Of a DNA stretch of 64,000 nucleotides, positions 47,569 through 57,062 are shown piece after piece. The stretch lies in the sequence record NC_042060.1; one strand, given 5' to 3'. The translations under genes were made by a program, and so were the position numbers. The notes beneath the pieces were generated by a model. The model was not told the DNA's origin. It saw only the letters and a list, made by a program, of their open reading frames with translations, and did not search any database. The stretch's first letter is position 1. Each line of letters starts with the position of its first letter.

Positions 47569-49170
47569 ATGGCTACTGCTGACTTCGATAATGAGTACGA
47601 TGATACTCCAGAAGAGAATTTACTAGATCAAATTGATGAGATCAATGCGCAACACGATCCTGACTCTAGTATTGAAAATAATGACGAGGTGGAAACTCCA
47701 CCTTTCGTTCCTGATCAAAAAGAAATTAAACTACGTATTCCACGTAATGCTAAAACTGGAAATATCCGGGATGCTTCTGAACCGGCTATTAAAGATAGTG
47801 CTAGCATTCTTACTTTACTACGTGAGAATCCCCAGACTGTTTATAATTTCCTGGATCACAATAAAGAACTATTTAAAGCATTTGCTGATAATAAAGTAGA
47901 TGACACTAGTGACGGTGTAAAGTGGACAGCTGCTATTCTGGAAGGCTTAGCTCACTCTATTGTTGAAGATGCACCAATCGGTGCAACTGCCCGAGAAGGT
48001 TCTGAATGGTCTAGTGAAATTCCTTATGGTGAAAAGATCATTCGACCTGGCCGACCTGTATTTAATACCAATGGTCGTAAAATGACCGATGATGAAACTC
48101 TAGTTTTCCTAACACGTAAAGCTAACATCGGTACGCCATATGATACTTTCCTACCTCATTCAGGTATTTGGGTAAAACTACGTGCACCTACTGGTACTGA
48201 AGTAGCTGCCCTACAAGCACGTCTAGCACAATTAAAGATCCGGCTAGGCGCTGAATCAAAAGGTATGCTGTTCTCAAACATGGCAGCTGTGTTACTTAAC
48301 ATGGTTAGTAGTTTAGCACTTGCATGTGTTATTCAATCCAACTATAAGTTCAACACCCCAACTGATCTAGAGCATGTTATCTCAGTAGCTGATGAGCCGT
48401 TCTTGCATCACGCACTAGCGGCGACTATGTATCCAGATGGATTTAATTATAGTTATCCATGCATTGCAGATGCCAATACATGTAACCATATTGAAACAGC
48501 GAAACTTAATATGTCAACGCTTGTTCAATATGATCTACTGGCATTCTCAGAAGAACAAAAGAAATATATTGCACGTAAGTTTAATGCATGTACTGAATCT
48601 GATCTTAAGACTTATAAAGAAGGATTCCGTATTGAAACTCAAGTAACTGAAATGTTTGGTGACGTTGGTGTTGTTCTTGAGATGTGTACAATTGCTGATC
48701 GCCGAGAGTCTGGTGATAGTTGGATTAACTCAATTATCGATATGACTCAAGGTAGTTTTAATGAACCAGTCGATGGTCCGCAACGTTCTCAGTATATTGC
48801 ACGTTTACAAAAGATCTCTATTGCCCGTCAGTTCTCACATTTTGTTAAAGAAATTAAAGTACGTGAAGATGACGATGGTGAAAGTTCTGAAGACAATATT
48901 CGTACTGCAACCACTAATCGTGAAACTATTGAAAAGTTCTTAACTAATATTCTATCCACACCGGAATATAATGACCGCTTTATTAATGCGGTGAGTAACT
49001 TCATTGATTCACAACTAATTGGAATGATTGCAATTACAAGTTGGAATTGTCCAGTATGTGAGTCACCTGCTGCTACTAAATTTAAAGAACGTTTCCCACA
49101 CTTAATCCCTATTGACATGCTGTCAACTTTTTTTACTTTGGCGGCCTCGAAGTCAAACCGGATGGTGTAG
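47569..49170 (+). CDS. Putative tail/baseplate assembly chaperone (gp77-like)
   Basis: 533 aa; LRAPT motif, Cys pairs (CIADANTC, CPVC), ends ...STFF like T4 gp26-type chaperones (inference). Confidence 0.6.
   Translation: MATADFDNEYDDTPEENLLDQIDEINAQHDPDSSIENNDEVETPPFVPDQKEIKLRIPRNAKTGNIRDASEPAIKDSASILTLLRENPQTVYNFLDHNKELFKAFADNKVDDTSDGVKWTAAILEGLAHSIVEDAPIGATAREGSEWSSEIPYGEKIIRPGRPVFNTNGRKMTDDETLVFLTRKANIGTPYDTFLPHSGIWVKLRAPTGTEVAALQARLAQLKIRLGAESKGMLFSNMAAVLLNMVSSLALACVIQSNYKFNTPTDLEHVISVADEPFLHHALAATMYPDGFNYSYPCIADANTCNHIETAKLNMSTLVQYDLLAFSEEQKKYIARKFNACTESDLKTYKEGFRIETQVTEMFGDVGVVLEMCTIADRRESGDSWINSIIDMTQGSFNEPVDGPQRSQYIARLQKISIARQFSHFVKEIKVREDDDGESSEDNIRTATTNRETIEKFLTNILSTPEYNDRFINAVSNFIDSQLIGMIAITSWNCPVCESPAATKFKERFPHLIPIDMLSTFFTLAASKSNRMV
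49128..49134 (+). promoter_or_regulatory. Slippery heptamer U UUU UUU (candidate -1 frameshift)
   Basis: In-frame ACT TTT TTT; the -1 frame is open from 49116 to 49631. Confidence 0.65.
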
Positions 49171-49631
49171 TTAATGATCTGAGATATAGTCGTCTTGAGG
49201 CCACTTTCACGGAAGATAGTGGCCACATCCTACATCCAAACTTTGGTTATGATAAGTTAACTGAAGATGATACACACTTAGATAGACTATTATCGACAGT
49301 AGGGGCAGTAAGACCGTCTACAGCAGCACGTTTAACAAGAGAAGCATATCTACTTGATTACGATATCGGTTCACCAGAAAACGGACCCATGTGGTTAAAT
49401 AAAGTAAATCCTAAAGAGGATTTTATCGAAGGTGGGTTGAGAAGGAGACTGACTAGAGATTTCTTCAAGTATAAAGTAGGTAGCTTATCTAATATGTCAT
49501 TAACTGAATTCTTTGAATTAGCTTATTCTGAGGTAGAATACATAATTGAATTATGTAGGAATATTACTCATAATGAGGCTGTTAATAACAATAACCAGTT
49601 AAATGAATTAAACAAGCCGTTAACTAAATAA
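49128..49631 (+). CDS. gp76-like frame, probably expressed as a -1 frameshift extension of gp77
   Basis: 87 sense codons without ATG/GTG/TTG between the slippery site and the ORF-track ATG at 49389. Confidence 0.65.
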   Translation, partial: FFYFGGLEVKPDGVVNDLRYSRLEATFTEDSGHILHPNFGYDKLTEDDTHLDRLLSTVGAVRPSTAARLTREAYLLDYDIGSPENGPMWLNKVNPKEDFIEGGLRRRLTRDFFKYKVGSLSNMSLTEFFELAYSEVEYIIELCRNITHNEAVNNNNQLNELNKPLTK

Positions 49632-49647
49632 AAAAAATAAAGACAGG

Positions 49648-49679
49648 CCCCTCTCCACATGGAGAGGGGTTTATGTCGT
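49648..49679. terminator. Bidirectional terminator with TATGTCGT
   Basis: cccctctcc/ggagagggg stem between convergent ORFs. Confidence 0.8.
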
Positions 49680-49680
49680 C

Positions 49681-49824
49681 TTACTTACGTGCAAAGCTAG
49701 CTACAAGACCTTTGATAGCTAGAACGACCATCCAGGCCGTTAACCCTTTTATTGGGTGGATATCAACCCGTTCTTCGATATCCAGATTACCCTCACTATT
49801 GATTACCTCAATTCGTACTTGCAT
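49681..49824 (-). CDS. Small membrane protein (47 aa, MQVRIEVINSEG...)
   Basis: Manual translation; aaggag SD; C-terminal hydrophobic helix. Confidence 0.7.
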   Translation of the reverse strand: MQVRIEVINSEGNLDIEERVDIHPIKGLTAWMVVLAIKGLVASFARK

Positions 49825-49919
49825 GGTCTACTCCTTGTCAGGATGGGATATGATATTCAAAAGTCTTTTGATATAAAGATGGCATATTACCCCACCAATA
49901 AAAGGCGGGGTAATATTTA

Positions 49920-50114
49920 TTAAACCATCAGATATCCTAATGGAAATAAAGCAAAGAAGCCATATAAAACAACAAGCAGTGTCTTTTGGCGAACATACCG
50001 GGATTTAATACTATCTTTATCTAAGTCAAACTTGACATAAAGATAAATCTGATAACTTTTATATCCCATACTAGCCACAAGGGCTATTACTATAAGTTGA
50101 CACAAAAAGACCAT
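49920..50114 (-). CDS. Small two-TM protein
   Basis: 64 aa, two hydrophobic segments. Confidence 0.65.
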   Translation of the reverse strand: MVFLCQLIVIALVASMGYKSYQIYLYVKFDLDKDSIKSRYVRQKTLLVVLYGFFALFPLGYLMV

Positions 50115-50169
50115 AGTGGGATGCTCTTATTATTAGAGAACAATGATCAATTGTTCTTACATAGCATGT

Positions 50170-50361
50170 CTATTTAATATGCATGATTATCATATTAAAT
50201 AACCACAACCCTAACATAAGGGTAAACATACTGCAAATCAAGCCACTTACAATCATTGCTTTTTGTTTGATTGTTTTAGCAGCAGCAAGAAATATAATTG
50301 AAGTTATTAATCCACTAAATGCAATTAATAGTGGTACTAAAAATAACAATACCCGAGCCAT
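50170..50361 (-). CDS. Small two-TM protein
   Basis: 63 aa; gaggtg SD. Confidence 0.75.
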   Translation of the reverse strand: MARVLLFLVPLLIAFSGLITSIIFLAAAKTIKQKAMIVSGLICSMFTLMLGLWLFNMIIMHIK

Positions 50362-50373
50362 ATAGACACCTCA

Positions 50374-50631
50374 TCAAAATAGATAAGTTGTACATGTCAG
50401 TGAATAGTTAGTCCAGCAACTAACAATAGTACTTACCCATATGGTAACTAATACAATGCTTACGGAGAGAAAAAGCATAGCGTACTGGCATGCACTTTTA
50501 TTAAAGATATCTTTAAACTCAAGATATGTTTTAATAATAAATATCAGCATGCATGTTAGAAGAATATCAACTAAGATCAAAGTACTGACTAGAAGCCATG
50601 TTGCACCAAAGATCTGATCAACTGTATACAT
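50374..50631 (-). CDS. Small two-TM protein
   Basis: Start at MYTVDQ (ggag SD); first gene after the promoter. Confidence 0.75.
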   Translation of the reverse strand: MYTVDQIFGATWLLVSTLILVDILLTCMLIFIIKTYLEFKDIFNKSACQYAMLFLSVSIVLVTIWVSTIVSCWTNYSLTCTTYLF

Positions 50632-50725
50632 TATTTCCACTCCCATAGTTTATAAGCTATAACTACAATTGTAATCATAATCAATTTTTTCTTCATTGTA
50701 AATACCCTATAGTTTTATCACATTT

Positions 50726-50733
50726 GTGATATA
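50726..50733 (-). promoter_or_regulatory. Early promoter variant TATATCAC
   Basis: ttttaaacagTATATCACaa; same upstream context as the 13000 promoter. Confidence 0.75.
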
Positions 50734-50772
50734 CTGTTTAAAATGCTTTAAATACAAAAAATAAAAAAAAAG

Positions 50773-50808
50773 CATAATCCCTCCCAACTAAGGGAGGGAT
50801 CATTTATG
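50773..50808 (-). terminator. Terminator
   Basis: atccctccc/gggagggat stem followed by tatgcttttttttt on the minus strand. Confidence 0.85.
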
Positions 50809-50815
50809 CCATTTA

Positions 50816-52354
50816 CTATAAACGCATCATGCGCATACTTTTAGTTTTACCCATGAAATGATTTTCTTTATTTCTAGCGTATCTGCAATGATGAGGTATG
50901 TTATTACAAACCATGAATGTTAACCTTGGTATTACATCAGGCCAGTTCTTCAATGGTCTTAGTCGTCCAAGAATTTGGATGCTGTCCTTTTTAGAGTCAG
51001 TTGCTTGTAATAGAATAACTTCCCTTAAATTCCTAATATCAACACCAGTACCAGATGATTTAATAGTTGATACAGTGATATCATTAGTCATTAATCTATC
51101 ATACGGACTACCCGAAACATGTCTATTAATCTGAAGATCTGGATATTGTTTCTTAAGATAAGCTGTCAGTACATCGATAAAGTTTACAGTCGCGCATAAT
51201 AGCAAACATTTCTGACCTTCAATACGATCCTTTATATAAACGCCATCTACAATACGTTTAACCATCTTTAAATAGAAGTCTAGTCGCCTAGGATTCTTCA
51301 TCATTACTGTTTCATAACGAGCATGGTTATATGTATTTTTAAATGGAGTTAAATAGTCCTTAGGTTTAATAGTTGGTTCACTATATAACAAGCCAATAAC
51401 ATTGATGTATGAGTCATATGCAGGTAACCTACACTTTGTAGTGGCAGGTAGCATGACATCAATCATTTTAGTAACAAACTGATTACCAGTGTATGGAGTA
51501 GCTGATAAATAGATTTGTTTATTGACATTGGTATATAGATCAGTACGAAATACTAATCCTGGATCTTCTTGAATCTCATCATTGATCTGCCAACCTGCTC
51601 CAATAACCTCATGGAATCTAGGTGGTGGTACATTAAATCCAACTACATCGATTTTTTCACCTAATCGTTCAAAAGTATCGATATATGCACGGTATGTTGT
51701 AGAACTAATGAGAATAATTTCAACACCCTCTAAATCATTCTCTAGGCCGCGATTAATTAGATTCTGTAATTCAGCAGATCCTGATACTTTTAAATATTTT
51801 ATACCTAGCTGATCTTCATAACCAACAAATGTTTCTTTTAATGCTTTCTCCCAAATACCGAAATATTTAGGTGGAATCATAACAACACCACGTTCTTTCA
51901 TTACTGCAACTGAAGCTAAACTAGTTAAGGTTTTACCTTTACCAGTCTGTAAATCAACACGTGCTGAATGTAAATGTGGTCTTAGAATATCTTCGCGGAT
52001 GGTTTCCTGATAATCCCTTAGAACATAATGTTCAAATAAAGTATAGTCTACTTTAACAGCTGTTGGTACAGGAATATCTACAATTTCAATTCTAGTAGAT
52101 GGTATATTCTTATCGGCTAGATAATTAATAAGTTCTTGAAGACATTCACGATGGATGAATACAGATTTACCATCTTCTGTTTCACCATAATATTTTTTCT
52201 TTATTTCCATTATGGTGCGTTGACCAGGTATCTTCTTAGGTTCTTTTAAAACCAGTTTATTAAGATATCCAGTCATCTTTAAGTATGTTTCCCGATCGTA
52301 ACCGGATAAACGAACACCATGGGTGTATCGTTCTGCTGTAAGAATCGGTTTCAT
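50816..52354 (-). CDS. SF2 helicase (UvsW/RAD25-like, gp75)
   Basis: LRDYQ, QTGKGKT, DEIQ, LSATP, SGTGVDI, QILGRLR; likely start MKPIL (alternative 52429). Confidence 0.9.
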   Translation of the reverse strand: MKPILTAERYTHGVRLSGYDRETYLKMTGYLNKLVLKEPKKIPGQRTIMEIKKKYYGETEDGKSVFIHRECLQELINYLADKNIPSTRIEIVDIPVPTAVKVDYTLFEHYVLRDYQETIREDILRPHLHSARVDLQTGKGKTLTSLASVAVMKERGVVMIPPKYFGIWEKALKETFVGYEDQLGIKYLKVSGSAELQNLINRGLENDLEGVEIILISSTTYRAYIDTFERLGEKIDVVGFNVPPPRFHEVIGAGWQINDEIQEDPGLVFRTDLYTNVNKQIYLSATPYTGNQFVTKMIDVMLPATTKCRLPAYDSYINVIGLLYSEPTIKPKDYLTPFKNTYNHARYETVMMKNPRRLDFYLKMVKRIVDGVYIKDRIEGQKCLLLCATVNFIDVLTAYLKKQYPDLQINRHVSGSPYDRLMTNDITVSTIKSSGTGVDIRNLREVILLQATDSKKDSIQILGRLRPLKNWPDVIPRLTFMVCNNIPHHCRYARNKENHFMGKTKSMRMMRL

Positions 52355-52412
52355 AAAAAAATCAACGATCGGTAAGGGGAGCAGTGCTCCCCAAACCTCA
52401 CGTCCTCCACGT

Positions 52413-54446
52413 CTATCGCAGTTTACCACCTTTAACTAGTAAGTCATATGGATGGTCATTCCTCATCTTGTTAAGGAAACTGCCTGGGTTATTTAGTGGC
52501 TCATGCTGCTTTTCGAAAGCCATCGCACCACCTAAACTACGACATTGCATTAGCCTATTATATTTTTCAAATTGGCCATTAATACCGGGTTTAGGTAAGC
52601 GATAGTCTCGATATTGAGCTGAACGGATCATCATAGCGTATATCAAGATCTCACAATGGGAAATATTAAGGCTAATCTTTTCATTAGCCATTGTTGCAAA
52701 TACAGGTAGTGCTTCAATTGGTGACTTGTAGTTTTTAAGATACGTTTTAGACGTATATCCAACTTTCTCAGTGCTTAGTTTACCTGCCTCGGCTGAGTCA
52801 CTACCGGAATGTAAGAAACTTTGGAATCGTTTCATTACTTCATACATGTTTACGTGCTTATTTGGTAGCGTTAAGAATGGTAGGTTAAAATCAAAACCAC
52901 GAAGACTAATGACGATATTGTCTCGCTGATCTAGTTCCCAACGGACCATCTTAATATGCTTTAGCATTTCAATAGATAGACTAGCCCTACGGTTATACAG
53001 CGACACAGTCAGAACATCACCACATTCACCATTCACCTCATCATCATAGACTAGGGCCAGGCTGGTTAGTTCAGTAGCTGAAGTAGCTGGATATGCAGTA
53101 AGGTCATCAATCATTAAAATGTCAGCAAGGTTTTCTGCCTCTGACCGTGCGATTACTAAACGATAATCCTTCTGAGTAAGTTCTTTCTTTAGATATAGTG
53201 TCTCTGGGATTTCACCTGTTCTTAAATAATTACTTTCAATTTTGCCAAGTTTATATTGTTCTACAGCAGAAGACGCATCGGTGTGTTTAGTAGACAATAC
53301 TGCTGAAGTAATTTTGTCACCCATCGATACGGCAGCAACCTGACCGATATTAGTTCCTTTTGGAATATTGATACCTAGTCGGCCATAACAAGTCATACAG
53401 ATACCCTGACTATCTGGATGATTACATCCAAATACAGACCTGAATTTCTGTTTAGTTCCAATTAGGTGTGTTTCATTTCCACGGATCCAGTCTAGTTTAC
53501 CATCTTCTTTTTGATAATATTTTCCTTTGAATGCTTTTAAAGTTAACTTAGTTACAGGATACTCAGCTAAGATTGTGGTCTTACAATCACCAGGATGTAG
53601 CCTTTGGACATATTGTGCAATAAGCTGAGATTTCCGGTTAAAGTATTCAGTTACTCGCAGTAGTTCTTTGTTATATAGTAGTGCTTTAGTACCTGAACGA
53701 GATTCAATCATATTCTCATACAGATTCCAAATACCATCAATATAACCAGTTGTTACCGGATATTTAAAGATATCTGAGTTAATGTCAGTTGGAAAGCCCC
53801 GCCAAGCAAATGCTTGTAGAAGCTGTTCAGTTTTCTGAGTACCAGAACGAAGACCTTCAATGATGCTGTTACCAATGAATTGGGTAGGATCATTAAATAC
53901 TTCTTTGACTTTACCATAACTAATTTTTTCGATACCATAAGTAGTTGGTTCGATATTATGGTTAGCCTCACGTACCTTGGGATGATTATATACTTCAGCA
54001 ATATCAAACATCGACAAGGTTGCTAGATATTCAGACAGTTTCACAGTGGTCTGATTATACAGCCAGTTCTTACCTTCAATAGCCAGTTTAGATAGTACTT
54101 CAGGATCTACTGTTTCACCTGACCAATCATAGATGTTCCAAATAGCCTTATTTAAATGCTTAACCATGGCCTTAGATGTTACTCGGCCACCTTCAACATT
54201 TAGATAATCTTTAGGGTTATCAGTTAAGATGCGATTGAAATCGATATGGTGATCAGATGGAATTGGGCAATCTTTATAATGTTTAAGAGGATACCAACAC
54301 AGAACGGATAATTTGGTAATACGGTCAACTGACACAACCGTTTTACCATCATCAAATTCGATTAGATGCCATTCTGAAGGGAGTGACCATAAATCATCAT
54401 AACTTAGATTTAGAAGATCACGCGCTTTATAACGATTAAGATTCAT
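52413..54446 (-). CDS. gp74: Non-virion RNA polymerase beta' C-terminal subunit
   Basis: 677 aa; ESRSGTKAL, TEYFNRK, CNHPDSQGICMTCYG, LSTKH, AFEKQ. Confidence 0.93.
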   Translation of the reverse strand: MNLNRYKARDLLNLSYDDLWSLPSEWHLIEFDDGKTVVSVDRITKLSVLCWYPLKHYKDCPIPSDHHIDFNRILTDNPKDYLNVEGGRVTSKAMVKHLNKAIWNIYDWSGETVDPEVLSKLAIEGKNWLYNQTTVKLSEYLATLSMFDIAEVYNHPKVREANHNIEPTTYGIEKISYGKVKEVFNDPTQFIGNSIIEGLRSGTQKTEQLLQAFAWRGFPTDINSDIFKYPVTTGYIDGIWNLYENMIESRSGTKALLYNKELLRVTEYFNRKSQLIAQYVQRLHPGDCKTTILAEYPVTKLTLKAFKGKYYQKEDGKLDWIRGNETHLIGTKQKFRSVFGCNHPDSQGICMTCYGRLGINIPKGTNIGQVAAVSMGDKITSAVLSTKHTDASSAVEQYKLGKIESNYLRTGEIPETLYLKKELTQKDYRLVIARSEAENLADILMIDDLTAYPATSATELTSLALVYDDEVNGECGDVLTVSLYNRRASLSIEMLKHIKMVRWELDQRDNIVISLRGFDFNLPFLTLPNKHVNMYEVMKRFQSFLHSGSDSAEAGKLSTEKVGYTSKTYLKNYKSPIEALPVFATMANEKISLNISHCEILIYAMMIRSAQYRDYRLPKPGINGQFEKYNRLMQCRSLGGAMAFEKQHEPLNNPGSFLNKMRNDHPYDLLVKGGKLR

Positions 54447-54469
54447 TATTTACCTCTTGTATTATTAAA

Positions 54470-54490
54470 CCCCTGATCAATGATCAGGGG
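54470..54490 (-). promoter_or_regulatory. Hairpin overlapping the gp73 stop
   Basis: cccctgatca/tgatcagggg perfect inverted repeat. Confidence 0.5.
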
Positions 54491-55400
54491 CATATTCTAA
54501 TGCAATACCACTACATTCAAGCAGGTGATCAAACATAGCTACTGGGCGAGATCCACCAAATGGAATCTTTTCACGATCAACTGCAACTGGTACAGATGAA
54601 GGTTTTTCTGCTGTTAGCCAAGACTCAATAACCGCAGCATGCGCCAATGGGTTATTAGTTTGGTCTAAGATTTCAGCAGTCGGACCTGGACCAACTGTAC
54701 AGTTATATGACCGAGTTTCAGATTCACCGAATGACCGGATAGCTGTTTCTCGACCAGGTGTGCTAGCCCTATCAGCATTGTTTAACTTAGAAGGTAGACC
54801 AAATGGTTGTGTTTTTACAGATGCTGCTGCTGACCAGTCTTCACCAATCTTTTCTAGTAGCATCATGTAAAGTGGACCCATTAAGACATTATCTTTAGTT
54901 GTTACCCACTTACCAGCTTGATCTCGATAAGATACCTTCCCATAGTGTGGTCGATACTTATCGCTATTAATTAATTTGTTGACTGCTGCCATTAGATCCA
55001 CTGGATCATCAACTGGTGCGTAGATATATGGGAATCCATCCATTAGTACTGTTTTAACATGTTCTGCTGGATTTGGGTGTTCCATCATTTTACTATGCAT
55101 TGTTGGAGCAATGATCTCATAGAAACCTAATAGTTCTTTAAATGCATAATCAACCCATTGCGTATTACCCATTACACTATTTAGTTGTTGCTGGGTTGGT
55201 TTGGCATGTCGATCTAGTCCAGCTTCAACGCGTAGGCGTTGAGCTAGATCTCGTGCAGCTGCGCCAAAACCATGTTCATAAATTCGACCATAATTTGAAC
55301 GACGCATGGTTGAACCACCAAAGATAATTAGATCTGCCCTATTACCATTTTCGTCAATAGGCATATCTTCATCTTCCATTACCTTACAGATGACGCCCTT
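54477..55400 (-). CDS. gp71-73: nvRNAP beta C-terminal subunit, exon 2 (gp73 part)
   Basis: Begins KGVICKVMEDEDMP...RADLII; RSFGESETR motif. Confidence 0.92.
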   Translation of the reverse strand, partial: KGVICKVMEDEDMPIDENGNRADLIIFGGSTMRRSNYGRIYEHGFGAAARDLAQRLRVEAGLDRHAKPTQQQLNSVMGNTQWVDYAFKELLGFYEIIAPTMHSKMMEHPNPAEHVKTVLMDGFPYIYAPVDDPVDLMAAVNKLINSDKYRPHYGKVSYRDQAGKWVTTKDNVLMGPLYMMLLEKIGEDWSAAASVKTQPFGLPSKLNNADRASTPGRETAIRSFGESETRSYNCTVGPGPTAEILDQTNNPLAHAAVIESWLTAEKPSSVPVAVDREKIPFGGSRPVAMFDHLLECSGIALEYAPDH

Positions 55401-55707
55401 CGTTATGTTCAGGTAAGTTCGCTACGCTTACCCCGCCTCTCGTATTGCAGGCAGCTGCATGTCACCATGCAGACCAGACTATATCTTAACCTTCACCCTA
55501 GGTGGTCAGGTCCCTCCCATTTCCACTCGCTTGAGTGTACTCCGCGTAACCGGATAGTCGTTGAACGTTCAATCCATTTCTGGAAAGCTTCGCTGCTGAT
55601 TGTCTCATTGAGATGTCCCAGCAATTAGAGAGGATTTACTTGACTCTTTCGAGATCAAGCAGGCAATTTGACAATATCCATTCCTGAGAGATGGATGGAT
55701 ATTAATT
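55401..55707 (-). mobile_element. Group I intron (IA-type, with P7.1/P7.2), 307 nt, no homing endonuclease ORF
   Basis: P, Q, R, S elements (AAUUGCUGGGA, AAUCAGCAG, UCAACGACUA, AAGAUAUAGUC); P1 with a U.G pair at the 5' splice site; terminal G; splicing restores FHGG/KGVIC. Confidence 0.93.
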
Positions 55708-56886
55708 ACCACCATGAAAATCAGTCATCTTGAAAGCACCAGCAGGCATCTTTTGGGCTTTGTAAGTTACTTCGACTCGCCATTCATCTAGTGGGTCTAG
55801 TCGATAGAATCGAGATAGTTTACGGACATTATCAGGTTGAGGTAGGAACATCTGTGCAGTTACAATAAGACGTTCAAATTCCTCAGTGATATGTAGATCA
55901 TCTTTACGACGTGCTAATAGACCACGATAGATCTTTAATAGTTCTCGATAATAACTGCTAAGATGAGTATGATATTTAACTAGTTGTGCATCCATTCCTG
56001 TTGGAGTAGGGGATGGATTTACACGCTCATCACGCCAAATATCAATATCAATAACCTTCGCACCAGGTGTGCCAATAACAGCTCTATCGAAAGTTCTATC
56101 TAGTGTACGAAGTGCCCTAGGAGTCATCTCGGCAGGAGCTAGATCATCATCATGGTCACGGATGGCGAAGATTACACCATCTGGTCGGATAACATCGCCA
56201 ATGTCTGGGAATGGTTTATAGACCTTATCATCGCCATACATGTTTAAGAAGAAAGCTTTCCTACCAGCATTAGCTACAGCCGTGCTATAACTAGTTGGCA
56301 TCATCCTTTTAAGGAAATTCTTATTAGCTACGAATCCATCTTCAATGGTACCAGCGGCAGATAGGAATACAACATTAGCATTAACACCCATCCCTAAAGT
56401 ACCGTCTTTCTTAACTGCACCAGACTGTGCAATCACTGTGTCTTTAGAGAACATTTCATTTGGGGCAATGGTTTCCCACACTTCTCGATTCTTTACAAGT
56501 TCATAACCAAAGTCTTGGTGATGACTCATGTACTCGGGAACATGTAAGACACCAATGGTTTTATATTTGTCAAAATAGTTTTCGTAGATAATAGTTGTTA
56601 CCGGGTTAGATCTAATACTGTCTTTACCAATACCCGTTGGATATTTTCTAAGAACATGTAGTACACGACAATCCTCAGGAAAACGAACATCATGTGTATA
56701 CTTGGCATACTCTAATTCAGCACCCGTTAGGAAATAACGCGATTCATTTCCATTTACTTCTGGTGCCTGGCCAATATGTGTTACAAACATAGCACCCCGT
56801 GCAGATGAGGTAGTGCCATACCAAGGATCTAAACCAGTATGCCCTAATAGGGTTAGATCAATTTCACGTTTACCTAGTTCAGCCAT
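55708..56886 (-). CDS. gp71-73: nvRNAP beta C-terminal subunit, exon 1 (gp71 part)
   Basis: Starts MAELGKRE; SSARGAM, TIEDGFVAN, ends KMTDFHGG; spliced product 393+307 = 700 aa. Confidence 0.92.
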
Positions 56887-56998
56887 TTTGTTTATCACCA
56901 TTAATTAGACAAGATGCAGTACTACTATATTTCTTATTTGCGCTGTTTTTAGATATAGCCTTTTGTAAGACTTCAATGTCTGGTATCACCAATCTCAT
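56879..56998 (-). CDS. Small upstream ORF (36-39 aa) overlapping the nvRNAP beta start
   Basis: AGGAGG SD followed by ATG-AGA-TTG-GTG in frame; TGA overlaps ATGGCTGA of gp71. Confidence 0.45.
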   Translation of the reverse strand: MRLVIPDIEVLQKAISKNSANKKYSSTASCLINGDKQNG

Positions 56999-57024
56999 AC
57001 CTCCTGTTTACTAATTACAAATCA

Positions 57025-57032
57025 ATGATATA
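57025..57032 (-). promoter_or_regulatory. Early promoter variant TATATCAT
   Basis: atttaagatcTATATCATtg upstream of the nvRNAP beta/beta' genes. Confidence 0.65.
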
Positions 57033-57062
57033 GATCTTAAATAAAATTTATTGGAATTTATT

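Noticed and set aside
50718-50729. TCACA-TT-TGTGA as a CRP/Vfr site
   Set aside because: Half-sites are inverted and spaced 2 nt apart rather than TGTGA-N6-TCACA; it overlaps the phage promoter start
52352-52361. U UUU UUA / U7 slippery run before the helicase ATG as a functional frameshift
   Set aside because: The upstream frame is under 25 codons, so nothing substantial would be fused; simple initiation at the ATG explains it
55401-55707. Homing endonuclease ORF inside the intron
   Set aside because: Intron is only 307 nt and almost fully accounted for by ribozyme helices; no ORF
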